64,000 nucleotides of DNA from Lama glama (taxonomy: Eukaryota), in assembly GCA_028534125.1 (NCBI GenBank), contig CM052816.1:36458001-36522000 (forward strand), in the 5' to 3' direction. Positions 1 through 12,876 of the stretch are shown here, piece after piece (positions within the stretch are counted from its first letter, which is position 1; each line of letters starts with the position of its first letter). Under the pieces are notes generated by a model. That model was not told the DNA's origin. It did not search any database and worked only from the letters and a program-made list of their open reading frames with translations. Made by a program: the position numbers and the translations under genes.

Positions 1-1364
1 CCAAATTGGAGCAAATGCTGCTAGGTTGCACGTGCATGTGGTCTCGATAATTTGCAGTGAGCAAAATATGTGTGCAGCCTTGACAAAACTAGAAATTATT
101 TCATATGAAGTAGATTATATAAAAATGAAACTAGCTCAATTTTAAGGAAAAATTCTTTATTACTTGTTCTTAAAATAATTATCTACAAATGATGATATTA
201 ATATAAGGCTGGTGTAAAATAGAGCTAAAAATCTCCTGTGTCTTTACCCTTTCCTGTATCTTCACTGTGCTTTCCAGGGGCAAAGTGACATCCACAAAAA
301 TAGGTGCAGGACATTGAAATGTAAGATTATACAAAGTTTAAAGAAACTGCTAAAAATGGCAAAATCAGACACTTTAGTCTGAAGGATGATATATTTGATA
401 TGTAAGGCAAATAATTAGGCATAATACGTAGTTCGTACATTGTTCAGAGAATTAGTTTCACAGATTTGTCTCTGGAAACGCATATTAAACTAAGAACCCA
501 TTTTGAATTCTCTGATTTCTAGTCCATATGTATTTTTGGCTAATGCATAGAGATGTGGGTAAGACTTGACATTTCAGTTTTTAATTAATTACTCCACTAA
601 GTATCTTGCCTGAATGTACTATAGAAAGCGAAAGTAAGAACTTTGACTAAAATGTCATTATTTTTCACAGACTATACCAAAGGCCAGCTTAATGGGTTAC
701 AGTTTCACAAATACTTAGACTAAATTATAAAATGTCAAAATAAATGAACAGACATGCCCTTTGATGTGTTTTCTTTATTTAAAACATTACTAATTTGCAT
801 ATAGACCAATTTGCCAAATTGGTAACATTTAGTTGTTCTTTCTAGCATTCATGTGAATCATCTTGTTTTCTCTATTTAGATGCTGTTTCCAATTTATAAA
901 GTTGCTATTACTAAGGTAAGATCTGGCAGTTTTTCTTCTGCAGAAGGGAAATGTATATTTATCTGATAATTTCTCACTGTACAATAAAGACTATCCATAT
1001 AACATGATTTAAGCAGTACTATTAAAAACTTATCTAACCAAAATCTGTTCCCTCATTGACCTGAAATTTCCTCCATTAGTTACTAATGGCTCAAATGCCT
1101 AAGTGTATATGTGGAATCTCATTTCCTGAATTATACATTCAAAATAAGGGTATGTAACCTTGCATACTTCCTCCATTATCTCCTACTATTTAGTCTTCAC
1201 ACAGTTAAAATCTTCATTATTTGTGGCTCTTTGATGACCAACTTTTCCTGGACTTCAGCTCATTATTTCTAATTCACCCTTTAATACATTAATACCTGAT
1301 TTATGAACCCATAAGTATATATACAGTCAATGATTTTCTAAAGTCATCAATGTCCTCTATCAAA

Positions 1365-1790
1365 CTTCTAACAAACAGGAACTCTCAGTGGCATACAACA
1401 ACACACATTGTTTCACACATATTTGCAATTCTTCTGTGACATCTCTGCTCCTCTTGGCTGGACTGAGGGGATAGCCTTAAGTTCAGGTTGAGTTATACAT
1501 GCTCCATGAGTTTCTTATTTAACTTGGGCTAGTAAGCTGGCCAGGGTACAGTCTTTTTGGCAAACGTACAGGGTAAGTGGAAACGTGAGAGGACTCGAAA
1601 GGCTTAGTCTTGGAACTGATCACTCTCATACCTGCGCATATTTAATTGGCCAAAGTCAGTCCCACAACTGAGCCCTATGGCAAGAGGTTGGGAACTACAC
1701 TCTGTCATTTGTGTCACAAACTGCAAAGTTACAAAACAAAGGTCATCTATTCCAGGAATGGTGAATAGAATGGGGGTCATATGCCCCCAA
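1365..1790 (-). mobile_element. MaLR solo LTR, MLT1H/I-like, decayed
   Basis: Motifs such as TCTCAGTGGCATACAACAACA, GGCTTAGTCTTGGAACTG, TTAATTGGCCAAAGTCAGTCCCACAACTGAGCCC and ACTGCAAAGTTACA resemble the reverse strand of old MLT1 LTRs. Confidence 0.6.
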
Positions 1791-1879
1791 AAGCCAAAAG
1801 GATGATTTCTTCTAAGATATCTTCCTTCTGTGCTCTTTTTAGAACTGATAGGTTTCTTAATCTCAGTTCTGCCTGCCTT

Positions 1880-2340
1880 CCCTCTGCTCAACATTTTTTT
1901 GTGTCTTGCTTCTCAAAAGTTGGCACTTCGTAAGTTTCCTTATAAAAACTATTCTTTTCTCATTCTATTTTTTCTCCCTGAGTTATTTCACATAGCTATA
2001 TAGTTTCTATAATTACATGTATCCTGAAAACACTTATATATCTAAATTTTTAGCCCTCATCTCTCACTTGAGTTTCAGACTAAATTTTCAGAGACTGTAT
2101 TAGGCTTATCAACCTTAAAGACATTAAAAATTCCAAATTCATTATGTCCACAACTAAATTATTGTTAGACATCTCAATTATCAAGCCTATTCTATTTTAT
2201 TTAAATATCTTAATGACATCACCTTACACCTAGATACTCAAGCTTAAATTCTGAGGAAAAAAACATAGCAACTTCCCTTCCAAACCCTCCAAATTTAATC
2301 AGTTGCTAAATCCTGTTTAGTCTGCCAAATCCCTCTTCTA
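1880..2340 (+). mobile_element. LINE-2 fragment
   Basis: TTTAGCCCTCATCTCTCACTTGAGTTTCAGAC...AAATTCATTATGTCCACAACTAAATT...TACACCTAGATACTCAAGC resembles the L2 ORF2 3' region. Confidence 0.55.
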
Positions 2341-3099
2341 ATATTTTCACAGCTCTTCCTCTAATTTATTTGACAAATTTTATCATGGCCAAATTGTTGT
2401 CAAGGTATTGAGTTAAGCCATGTTAAATGCCTGAAAAGAATTTACTTTCATATAGAATGTAAATATTAAGAAAATGATAAAGTACTAAATAGCATGCAGA
2501 ATATGGAGGGATATTTTTCAGCAGGGTTAATCAGGGACCGTGCAATGTTCTAACTAGCCTTTGGGGAATATGTTATAAAAGATAGGTAGGATTTAGACAT
2601 ATGAAGAACACAAAATAGCAAGGAAGAAGAGCCTTCAAGATAAAGAAAACTAATGAGTATGATTACAGAAGAAAATTGGAGTATTTAAGATTAAATCCCA
2701 GGAAGTTTGGAATGTAGCCAATATTTGGCCTTTGATTGTATGGGTCTAAATATTAAAGTAGATCAGGCAGACTTTTCTTGTTCTTTATATTTGAGGGGGT
2801 AGGCACAATTTACACTGGGAGTGCAGAGTTGAGAACCTACTGGCAAAGACGATGCCTGATGGTATTAGTGTCAGTGGTTTTCAGCAGTGGTAACACCAAT
2901 GTATGTGAACTACAGAATCATATATTGTATGATGTGACATTGTGTTGTTAGCTTCCCAGTGATTTAATTTCTTACCAATTTTCTGTGCCAGTTTTTAAAC
3001 TTTCTAGTAGTCTCATGAGCTGATCAACATGCCACTAATGTATCACTTTTCTGCTTAAGTTAATCAGGAATAGAGTTATTTGTTTTCAACAGGGCCCTG

Positions 3100-3580
3100 T
3101 TGTTGATTGGATTTTCCAGAAGTAGACTCTGAAGTGAGGATTTTTGCCCTTATTAAGGAACAGCATTCAAGGTTAAAGAATGTGTCAGGTAGGACAAGGA
3201 AAGTAGAGAGTGAGCATGGACATGATTTCAGGTAAAGCCCGTGGAGGGTAAGTTTAGCCTCTTCCCCAAGGGGAACTCTGTATTGTAAGTCACATCCTTG
3301 GAGACTATCTTCTTCGAGGCCATGGAACTGGGCTTTATACCTATGTACAGCTCAATTATTGGAAAAGTCCAACCTCAGGGGTATAAAAATCTCTGGGCAC
3401 TTCTAGCTGCCTGCTTATTTAGGCAAAACAGCTCCAGTAGTTCAATGGTAGTCCTTCAAGGAGAGCTGTAGGTGCAGGCTAAAAGCAAAAACACAGATTC
3501 CAGAGGAGCAGAAGAGTAATTCACAGAAGTGACAAGAGAAAGAAGGCTTTTTAGATGAAGCACTGTCAGTGCTTGCTATA
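3100..3580 (-). mobile_element. ERVL-class LTR (LTR16-like), decayed
   Basis: TTTTCCAGAAGTAGACTCTGAAGTGAGGATTT start and GGAACTGGGCTTTATACC resemble LTR16-type LTRs; GC is locally higher. Confidence 0.45.
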
Positions 3581-3741
3581 GACTACAATGAGTAAAAAAT
3601 TACTGGGTTTCAGATAACATGTTTTCATGGAAAATGAATCTTCAGTTGGTTATCTGCCCTTCTTAGGGGTGCAAGCAGCAGAAATGTTGTTAGTATTCAG
3701 GAATTCTCATCTATCAAACTATCACTTACAATGAGAGACCG

Positions 3742-3990
3742 CATGGAATAATGGTTAAGAGTGTGGATTTTGAAATCGAACTACCGTGGCCAAATTTTAG
3801 CTGCCACCTTCTAAAGAGTGGTTTTTCATGAGTTATATAACCTCTTCATGTCTCAGTTCCTATATGAGTAAAATCAGGGTTAATCATAGTATCTACATCA
3901 AAGAGCCTATATGAGAATTGATTCATTTAGTATTTCTACAAAACTCAGGACAGTGTCTGGCTCATGATAAGCAGTAAATGGTGTTTAATA
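3742..3990 (+). mobile_element. MIR SINE
   Basis: AATGGTTAAGAGTGTGGATTTTGAAATC...TAACCTCTTCATGTCTCAGTTCC...GTAAAATCAGGG...CAGTGTCTGGCTCATGATAAGC follows the MIR core and tail. Confidence 0.75.
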
Positions 3991-4139
3991 AATAAATGCA
4001 GTAGGTAAACAGCTATTTAAATTATCTGCAACTTATTAACCATTTCTCTGGTATAGAATACTGTAAATGACAGATACCCAAGGCAGGTGCATTTGAATGC
4101 TGGGAGCTAAAGATTTTGAGCATATAGAGATGTATATCT

Positions 4140-4605
4140 CTATATGTTATTGCTCCTTGGCATTCAACCCTTTTCTTCTTGTTGGAAGCAGTGCTTCCCA
4201 CTGTGTGGGTCTTGAAGCGAAGAAGAATCTTGCCTCCCTATTCCTTTCTCTCTGTTGGCTAAGGTGTAACTGTATTAATCAGGCTCACCAATTGGATAAT
4301 TCCTTTCCAGGACTTTGACTCTGGATGGAGAGACTAAACCTTTGGGGCAGGTGAGAACATTCATAGAAGTGGCAGTGGTGTTTAAGTGTAGGAGTGTACC
4401 AGTAATGGTATTTGAAATGGACTATTCCTTTAGAATGCCTTGGCTATATATTTGAACATCCAGTTTCCCTTGATTCCTGCTCATTTTCTGAGCCTGGTTC
4501 TCCAGTCTTCCCAAATGCTTTTCGATTCACCCAAGATTCTGAAAATAAAGTCCTTTTATGTTTAGTTAGCTAGCCTTGATTCTATTGCTGCAACCAAGAA
4601 CCAGT
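4140..4605 (+). mobile_element. ERVL-class solo LTR (LTR33/LTR16-like)
   Basis: 3' end AATAAAGTCCTTTTATGTTTAGTTAGCTAGCCTTGATTCTATTGCTGCAACCAAGAACC resembles the LTR33/LTR16 terminus. Confidence 0.55.
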
Positions 4606-4979
4606 GTGGTCCATAAGCCTTGTCTTGGAAAAGCAGATGCAGAGGGAAAGAATATGAGATGAAATGTATAGAAGCTATTTAGTGAAAATAATTTGTCTTT
4701 GTCAGAGGTATGTATATGTACATTGTTGTAATTGGGTCTTAAAATTTCTAAATCGACTAAACTTTAAAAACTACTCAATTCTCCTCTTCATAGTTGCCAA
4801 TGGACAAGAAAATGTGTGCATTAAATGTAGCTTTTCTTGCATCATTACAAAAAAAGCTAGTAGAACATATGCTTGAGGTCAATCTTTTTTTAAACTAATG
4901 ATAATTTGATTTTAGTGTCACTATACTTTGAATCAATAGCATATAAAGTCATACATTCTTGGGATAGATTGAATGGTGG

Positions 4980-5140
4980 TCTGGGTCCACCATTTGCTAA
5001 TTTTTGAATTTCACTGAGTCTCTGTTATTGACAAAAAAGGAATTATAAGGCTAAATTCTTTATTGGGTTGTTGGAAAGCTTAAATGAGTTATTATATGTA
5101 TAGTGTCAGAATGAAGCTGATCTCATAGTAAGTATTATAG
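4980..5140 (+). mobile_element. MIR fragment
   Basis: CCACCATTTGCTA...TTCACTGAGTCTCTG...GGGTTGTTGGAAAGCTTAAATGAGTTATTATATGTA...CATAGTAAG. Confidence 0.55.
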
Positions 5141-6366
5141 GAGTTATTCTTACCCTTCTCCTTCTTCTCTTCACTATTATTATTATTGCTGCTATCATTA
5201 TTATTATTTGCAAGCTAACTTGTACTAGTATATAATATTGTCTCAAAATTATTTTTATAAATAAAATTATAAAAAACACATCTGGCTTTATAATCTATAA
5301 GTCAGATCTCTAGTTAATTTGCTTTATGTGTAACACTGTCATTTTGGCCTTTATGTGTCTTCTTTAATAAATATTTTACATGTAACAGTTGATATTTATA
5401 AAGTAGGCCCATAAGGATTAGGGTTAAGAATTTGCCACAAACCCTGCTATATTTCTTATACTTAAATCTGAGGCTTCTTTTCCAATATGCATAGAAACAT
5501 ACCTAAAGTGGTTAACATTTACAGATTAAGTACAGATATTATTTGTACATTTAAATGAAATAAATCATTTTTATTTTAGAAGTATTACACACAGCATTTT
5601 GTATTTAATAAAACTTTGAGATGGTCTTTTAAGAAATTACAATGTATTCCTTTTTATAACACTGAATGGTTAACACTGTAATACAATATTGTTAATACAT
5701 AGCCTATTTTGATTGAGTCTGTATTATACCAAACAAGATGGGGTACTCTATATGGAATAAACTAAGTACTTTATCCAGGAGCAAGGAAGTAAACAGAAAA
5801 ATTTCAAGGTCAGAATTTACACTATTTTCTACTTCCAGCTCTCAAGTAGCATTTTAAAAATATACTCAACACATTTTACCTGCAAGGAAATACCAATCTA
5901 GGGAAAAAATATTTTCAATTCTCAATTCTTCTGACAGCTTTAAGGGCAAAGAATTACAGAAGTGTTCTGGAAATTTTAGGAGAGATAACAAAATGAAACA
6001 AGAGCTGCACTTCAGAATAATGAACAAGATATTGTGGCTCATAAATGTATCCTACACCTAAAATACCAGGGATTGTCATTACTTATGTCCTGGGTCACTG
6101 CTGTAGGAATATGAGGTTTTCCATTTTATTTTCCTGATGGTAGTGATGGGTTGAACCACACCATACAAACAAAATTTAGCTTAATTATTTAGTTACTAAT
6201 GTATGCTAAATACCAGCAGGGCTGAGTCTGCAATATGGTTCCTGTCTCTGACTTTCCTTTAATATTTCAAACATTTGTTATATTTAATATAAACATGAAA
6301 TGTGTTTCTTTGTAAAGAATGTAAATATAAAGAAAGAATAAAGAAAATATGAAAACATTTTCTTTT

Positions 6367-9300
6367 CATTTTTTCTTGAAGTATAGTTGGTTTACAATGT
6401 CGTATTAATTTCACATGTACAGCATATTGATTCAGTTATACATATATATGTATTCTTTTTCATATTCTTTCTTATTATAGGCTATTACAAAGTAATTAAT
6501 GTAGTTCCTGTGCTATGTAGTAAGACCTTGTTGTCAATCTATTTTATACACAGTAGTTAGTGCCTGCAAATCCCAAACTCCCAATTTATCCCTTCATTGC
6601 CCCTTTTCCCCCCAGTAACCATAAATTTATTTTCTATGTCTGTGAGTCTGTTCCTAATTTGTAAATAAGTTCATTTGTATCCTTTTTTTTTTTAGATTCC
6701 ACATGTAAGTGATATCATACGGTATTTTTCTTTCTCTTTCTGGCTTACTGCACTTGGTATGACGATCTCCAGATCCATCAATGTTGCTGCAAATGGCAGT
6801 GCTTTATTCTTTCTTTATGGCTGAGTAGTATTCCATTGTGTGTATGTATGTGTGTGTGCACATATATATATGTGTGTGTATACATATGTGTGTGTGTGTG
6901 TGTGTAGTCATCGACAGATGATTGGATAAAGGAGATTATATATATATAATATGTATATATATATACACATATATAAATATATATATAAAGGAGATTATAC
7001 ATACACAATATATATATATAATCTCCTTTATACCAGTCATCTGTTGATAGACATTTAACTTGTCTCCATGTCTTGGCTACTGCAAACAGTGCTACTATGA
7101 ACATTAGGGTGCATGTTTCTTTTAGAATTAAAGTTTCCTTTAGATACATGGTCATGAGTGGGATTGCTGGATTATATAGTAAGACAAAGTTTTGGTTTTT
7201 TAAGGAATCTCCATACTGTTTTCCATAGGAGCTGCAACAAACTACATTCCCACCAACAGTGTAGGAAGGTTCCCTTTTCTCCACACCTCCTCTAACTTTT
7301 ATTGTATGTGGATTTTTTAATGATGGCCATTCTGACTGGTCTGAGGTGATATCTCATTGTAGTTTTGATTTGCATTTCTCTGATAATTAGCAATGCTGAT
7401 CATCTTTTCCAGTGCCTGTTGGCCATTTGTATGTCTCTTTAGGTCTTCTGACCATTTTCTGATTGGGTTGTTTGTTTCTTTGTTATTGAGTTGTATGAGT
7501 TGTCTGTATATTCTGGAAATAAATCCCTTGTCACTCACATAGTTTGTAAATGTTTTCTCCCAGTCAGTAGGTTGTCTTTTCATTTCGTTTGTAGTTTCCT
7601 TTGCTGTGAAAAACCTTATGAGTTTAATTAGGTCCCAATTGTTTATTTTTGCTTTTATCTCTATTGCCTTGGTATACAGTCCTTTGAGAACACTGCTGAG
7701 GTTTATGATAAAGAATGTTTTACCTATGTTTTCTTCTAGGAGGTTTATAGTATCTTGTCTTATGTTTAAGTCTTCGAGCCATTTTGAGTTTATTTTTATG
7801 TATGGTATGAGGCAGTGTTCTAACTTCATTGATTTATATGTGCCTGTCCAGCTATCCCAACACCACTTGCCAAAGAGGCTCTTTTCTCCATTATATAATT
7901 TTGCCTCCTTTGTTGAAGATTAATTGGCCACAGATGTGTAGGTTTATTTCTGGGCTCTCTCTTCTCTTCTATTGATCCATATGTCTGTTTCTGTGCTAAT
8001 ACTATGCTATTTTGATTACTGTAGCTCTGTAGTATTGTCTGGGAGAGTTATTTCTCCACCTTCATTCCTTTTCTTCAGTATTGCTTTGGCAGTTCTGGGT
8101 ACTTTGTGATTCCATATAAATTTTAGGATTATTTGTTCTAGTTCTATGAAAAATATTCTGGGTAATGAGATAGGGATCACACTGAATCTGTAGATTGCTT
8201 TGGGTAGTATGGCCATTTTAACAATATTAATTGTTCCAATTCAAGAGTATGCAATATCTTTGATTTCTTTAAGTCACCTTTAATTTTTTTGATCAACATT
8301 TTATAGTTCTCTGCATATAAGCCTTTCACCTCCTTGGTCAGGCTTATTTCCAAGTATTTTTTTTTTGGATACAATTTTAAAAAGGATTTTTTTTTTTACT
8401 TTCCTTTTCTGCTATTTCATTGTTAGTGTAAAGAAATGCAACAGATTTCTATATGTTAATCTTATATCCTGCTACCTTGCAGAATTTGTTTTTCAGCACT
8501 AGTGGTTTTTGTGTGGAGTCTTTAGGGTCTTCTACATATAGTATCATGTCATCTGCATATAGTGGCAATTTTACCACTTTTCTTGCAATTTGAATTCCTT
8601 TTCTTTCTTTTTTTTTTTTTTTTTGTCTTATTGCTATGGCTAGGACTTCCTATACTATGTTGAATAGAAATGGTAAGAATGGGCATCCTTGTCTTGTTCC
8701 AGATTTTAGTGGGTAGGCTGTCAACTTTTCACTGTTGAGAAGTATGGAAGTATGCTGGCTGTGCATTTGTCATAAATAGCTTTTATTATGTTAAGGTAAG
8801 TTCCCTTTATACCCACTTTAGTAGGGTATTTTTTTTAATCACAAATGGGTGTTGTATTTTATCAAATGCTTTTTCTGCATCTATTGAGATTATCATGTGT
8901 TTTTTGTCCTTTCTTTTACTGATGTGTTGTATCATGTTGGTTGATTTGCATTTGTTGAACCATACTTGTGTCCCTGGGATGAATCCAAATTGATCATGGT
9001 ATATGATCTTTTTATGTGTTACTGGATTTGGTTTGCTAGTATTTTGTTGAGAATTTTTGCATGTATATTCATCAGAGATATTGGCCTGTATTTCTCTTTT
9101 TTGGTGGTATCTTTGGTTTTGGTAACAGGGTGATGGTGGCTTCATAAAATGAGTTATGAGAGTATTCCCTCCTTTTCAGTCTTTTGGAAGGGTTTGAAAA
9201 GGACTGGTGTAAGTTCTTCTTTGTATGTTTGGTAGAGTTTCCCAGCAAAGCCATCTGGTCCTTGGACTTTTGTTTGCAGAGAGTTGTTTTTTTTTCAACT

Positions 9301-10348
9301 GCTGATTCTTTTTCACTTCTAGTCATCAGTCTGTTCAGATTATCTATTTCTTCTTAATTCAGCTTTGGTGGACTGCATGTTTTTAGAAACTTATCAATTT
9401 CTTCCAGGTTGTTCAATTTGTTACCATGTAGTTGTTTATAGTATTCTCTCTCTCTTTCTCTCTCTCTCATACTCAAAAAAGAGTGTGAGTGTGTGTATTT
9501 CTGTGGTATTGGTTGCAATTCCTCCTCTTTCATTTTTCAGTTTCTTTTTTTGTATCCTCTTTCTTTTCTTCTTGGTGAGCCTGGCCAGAGGTTTGCTCAT
9601 TTTGTTTACTCTTCCAAAAAACCAGCTCTTGGTTTGATTGATTTTTCCCTAAGATTTTGTGTGGTTATGTTTTCATTGTCATTTGTCTCAAGGTATTTTA
9701 AAAATTTTCCTCTTTGAGTTCATCCTTGACCCATTGGTTTTTTAGTAGCATGTTGTTTTGTCTCTATGCAGTTTTTTTCCCCTTGTTTTTCTTTCTGTGA
9801 TTGGTTTCTAGTTTAATGCTATTGTGGTCAGAAAAGATGCTTAAATAAATTCTATATTCTTAAATTTGTTGAAGCTTGTTTTGTATCTGAATATGTGTTC
9901 TACCCTAGAGAATGTTCTATATGCACTTGAAAAGAATGTATATTCTGATTTTGGGGATGTAATGTCCTAAAAATATCAACCAAGTCCAACTGTTCTATTA
10001 TGTCATTTATCATCTCTGTTGTTATATTGATTCTCTGGGTGGAAGATCTGTCCAATGATATTAGTGAGGTGTTAAAGTCTCCTACTATTACTCTGTTCCC
10101 ATCAATTTCTCCCTTTATGTCTGTTATTATTTGTTTTCTGTTTTTAGATGCTTCTCTATTGGGTGCACATATTGTAACAAGTGTAATATCTTCTTGTATT
10201 GCTCCTTTTATCATTATATAGTGTCCTTCTTTGTCTTTCTTTATGGCCTTTGTTTTAAAGTCTATTTTGTCTGACTATTGCTACCCCTGCTTTCCTGTCA
10301 TTTCCATTTGCATGAAATATCTTTCTATCCTCTTACTTTTAATCTATC
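6367..10348 (-). mobile_element. LINE-1, 5'-truncated, cetartiodactyl/camelid-type 3'UTR, degenerate ORF2 (EN-RT-C-terminal), 12-bp TSD
   Basis: Minus-strand ORF fragments carry L1 ORF2 motifs: VIVGDFNTSL (endonuclease, 9900-10214), [19 protein letters not shown] (RT, 8807-9145), [11 protein letters not shown]...LKFIWN (8016-8216), [10 protein letters not shown] (7317-7829), ETCTLMFIVALFAVAKTW (6778-7284). ACATTTTCTTTT is duplicated at 6355-6366 and 10349-10360. Frameshifted with small internal deletions. Confidence 0.95.
6837..7020. repeat. Compound (TG)n/(TA)n microsatellite inside the L1, containing an inverted duplication
   Basis: Direct reading of the sequence; see findings. Confidence 0.9.
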
Positions 10349-10574
10349 ACATTTTCTTTTAATGTCTCTTTGAAATTTAGGGTACAGGAACAAGCAGATC
10401 AAGGGCCAGATTCAGCTGACACAGAAGTGTCCTAACTCTTATGAGTGTTGTTAGAAGCATTTTCCAAACAGCTGCACTGAAATTTAAATGTTAACTAAAA
10501 TATTTCCATTCACATCATAATTCTATAGACTTTAGTGATCACTATAAAGACAGATTCTATTCAGATTACTGTCT

Positions 10575-10790
10575 AGTGTGGTGGCAGTAGATGGGACAGT
10601 AGATGTAATCACCCATACTTAAGCTCATGTCCTAACTCCACCATTATTTAGCTGAGTGAATTTGGACATGACATTTTACCTCTCTAATTTATAAGAATGA
10701 CTACTGAAATATTGTTGAATATTCTACAGGTACAGATGTATATAAACATTTATGGTATCATATATATTCAATACACAATAATTTGTAACT
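10575..10790 (+). mobile_element. MIR SINE, decayed
   Basis: CCTAACTCCACCATTATTTAGCTGAGTGAATTTGGACATGACATTTTACCTCTCT resembles the MIR core. Confidence 0.55.
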
Positions 10791-10836
10791 TCTACAGCTG
10801 TCAGCACTATTGTTGATTTCTAAGAGCCTTCTAATA

Positions 10837-11049
10837 TTTTATTAATATATAGATCTGGTGCTAGTTTGTCCTGTTACAAACTAGGTAAAATAAATTTTAT
10901 TATTACAAAACTATAAGTTTTAAAATTATCTGAATATTTAATATTTAAATTATTTGTTTTATTAATATGTAGATCTGGTGCTAGTTTGTCCTGTTACAAA
11001 CTAGGTAAAATAAATTTTATTATTACAAAAGTATAAGTTTTTAAATTAT
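10837..11049. repeat. Near-perfect direct repeat, about 93 bp x2, 120-bp period
   Basis: TTTTATTAATATRTAGATCTGGTGCTAGTTTGTCCTGTTACAAACTAGGTAAAATAAATTTTATTATTACAAAA... at 10837 and again at 10957. Confidence 0.95.
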
Positions 11050-12876
11050 TTGAAAGAAGAGAATTTCCTTAGCCTGAAGAAGGAATTTACAGTAAATATT
11101 AGTGATAAAAATAGTGATATAAAAAAAGCATTCCCAATGATATCTGGGAAAAGACAAAAGTCCCAACTAAAGCATTTGGTTTTTAATATTTTTCTGAGAC
11201 TTCTAGCCAAAACATCAAATCAACAAAAGTAAATGAGATAGAATGATCAAAAAGGAAGAAGAGATAATACTATTAATATCTGCAGATAACATTATTTCTG
11301 AACACTTATCTATTAAGTGCAAGAGAATTTACTGGCAAATACATGAACTTGAGTTCTATCAACCCTCACAAAACTTGTCTGGATTTTAAGATTGGCAACA
11401 ATGACATCTTGGCCCACAATCAGTTCTTCTTGATATAAATGAATGAGCAGATAAGGCTATTTAGTTTCTCAGTCAAGAAATATTCCAGAAATAATAATTA
11501 CACAATGAAAAAATATTGCTTTATCAAAACACAAACTGTAGATTACATAAGAATGATCCTTTGAAAAGGATCTAATTTTTTAATGATACAAATTTATTTA
11601 AGGGCAAAATAAAGCTAAGGTCTGCATAAATAGTGATATATACTATGCTCATAGAAGAGAGGATCCAGTATCATCAAGAAGACAATTAATATCAAAGTCA
11701 GATTAAGTTCCAAAGAAAATTTGAATTGGTTTTTGTTGAAAGATGATAAATTGATCTTAAATTCATTTGGAAGGGGAAAAAAATCAATAACAAATACGCT
11801 AGTAAAGAAGAACCAGGTAATTAGAATTATCCTAGCATATGTCAAGGTGTTCCAAAGATATCATTTTAAAAACTGTATTGGCACAAGAACAGATAACTAT
11901 GTGAATAGAATAGAATAGAGAGTTCACATACAGAACCACATATATGGATTTAAGATAAATGTAATACTTCATAAGAATGGAGAAAAAACAGACCATTCAA
12001 TAGATAACACTGGCATAATGATACTAGGAAAAGAAAACGATTCCTATTTTATACAATTCATAAAATATTTTCAAATGTATTATAAGCTTAAATATAAAGA
12101 AGGTAAGCAATAAAATACTAGAAAGGACAGATATTTATGACAGATATATATTATATATAAAATATGTAATTTTTACATAATATACATAAATATGAAACTT
12201 TGGGTATAAAGAAGACCTTGTTTAGCCAAGACATAAAAATACAAATGGTTTAAAGGAAACTAATGACACTTGGGACCATACCAAAATCAAAAATTTCTTT
12301 ATTAGATAAAATACCATAAGTGAAGTAAAAAACAGGTCACTGAAGGAAAGAAAAATATATATAATAATTTATAAATTTTTTAAATTGTAATGAAAAAATT
12401 AACATTGATAGAAAAGGGGCAGATGATGTGACTAGGAAACTCACAGAAAGGGAAATAAAGATGGGCAATGAACATACAAAAGGATGTCAATCTCACTAAT
12501 AAGCAAATTATAAAAAGTGAGATGACAATTTTCTCATACATCAGAGCACCAAGAATCTAAGTTTGATGATATAAAGATTTGGGAAAGAAATGATAAAATG
12601 GATATCCTAAGACATTAATGATTGGTATGTACAAATGATAGTCTTATGTAAGGCAACTCACCATTTTCTCTGTGGACCAAAAGTACACACATTTTATGAT
12701 GCAGTAATTCTACTTCTCTGTATCTATCTTTTAGAAATACCCACCAATTTCCATAAAAAGGATGTTCATTGTGGTATTATTTTCACAAGTAGGGGATTCA
12801 TAGCAAAAATTGGAACCATTTAACAGACATCCATATGGGAATGGGTAAATAAATTTTGGTTCATCTATTCCATAGG
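11050..12876 (+). mobile_element. Ancient LINE-1 (L1M-type) ORF2 3' half, highly decayed
   Basis: Relic ORF2 text: KAFPMISGKRQ...VFNIFLRLLA (11050-11232), DKLILNSFGRGK (11721-11918), ATGGGCAATGAACATACAAAAGGATGTCAATCTCACTAAT, GGAATGGGTAAATAAATTTTGG. Confidence 0.75.

Noticed and set aside
880..915. Possible 36-bp micro-exon (TTTTCTCTATTTAG ... AAG|GTAAGA)
   Set aside because: Splice-like pairs are common by chance in AT-rich DNA; the peptide is unrecognised and there is no partner exon.
6778..10214. Minus-strand ORFs up to 170 aa with endonuclease and RT motifs
   Set aside because: Frameshifted fragments of one dead L1 ORF2, not a host gene or an active element.
10837..11049. Palindrome-containing direct repeats as a CRISPR-like array
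   Set aside because: Only two long copies in a mammalian context with no cas genes; a simple duplication.
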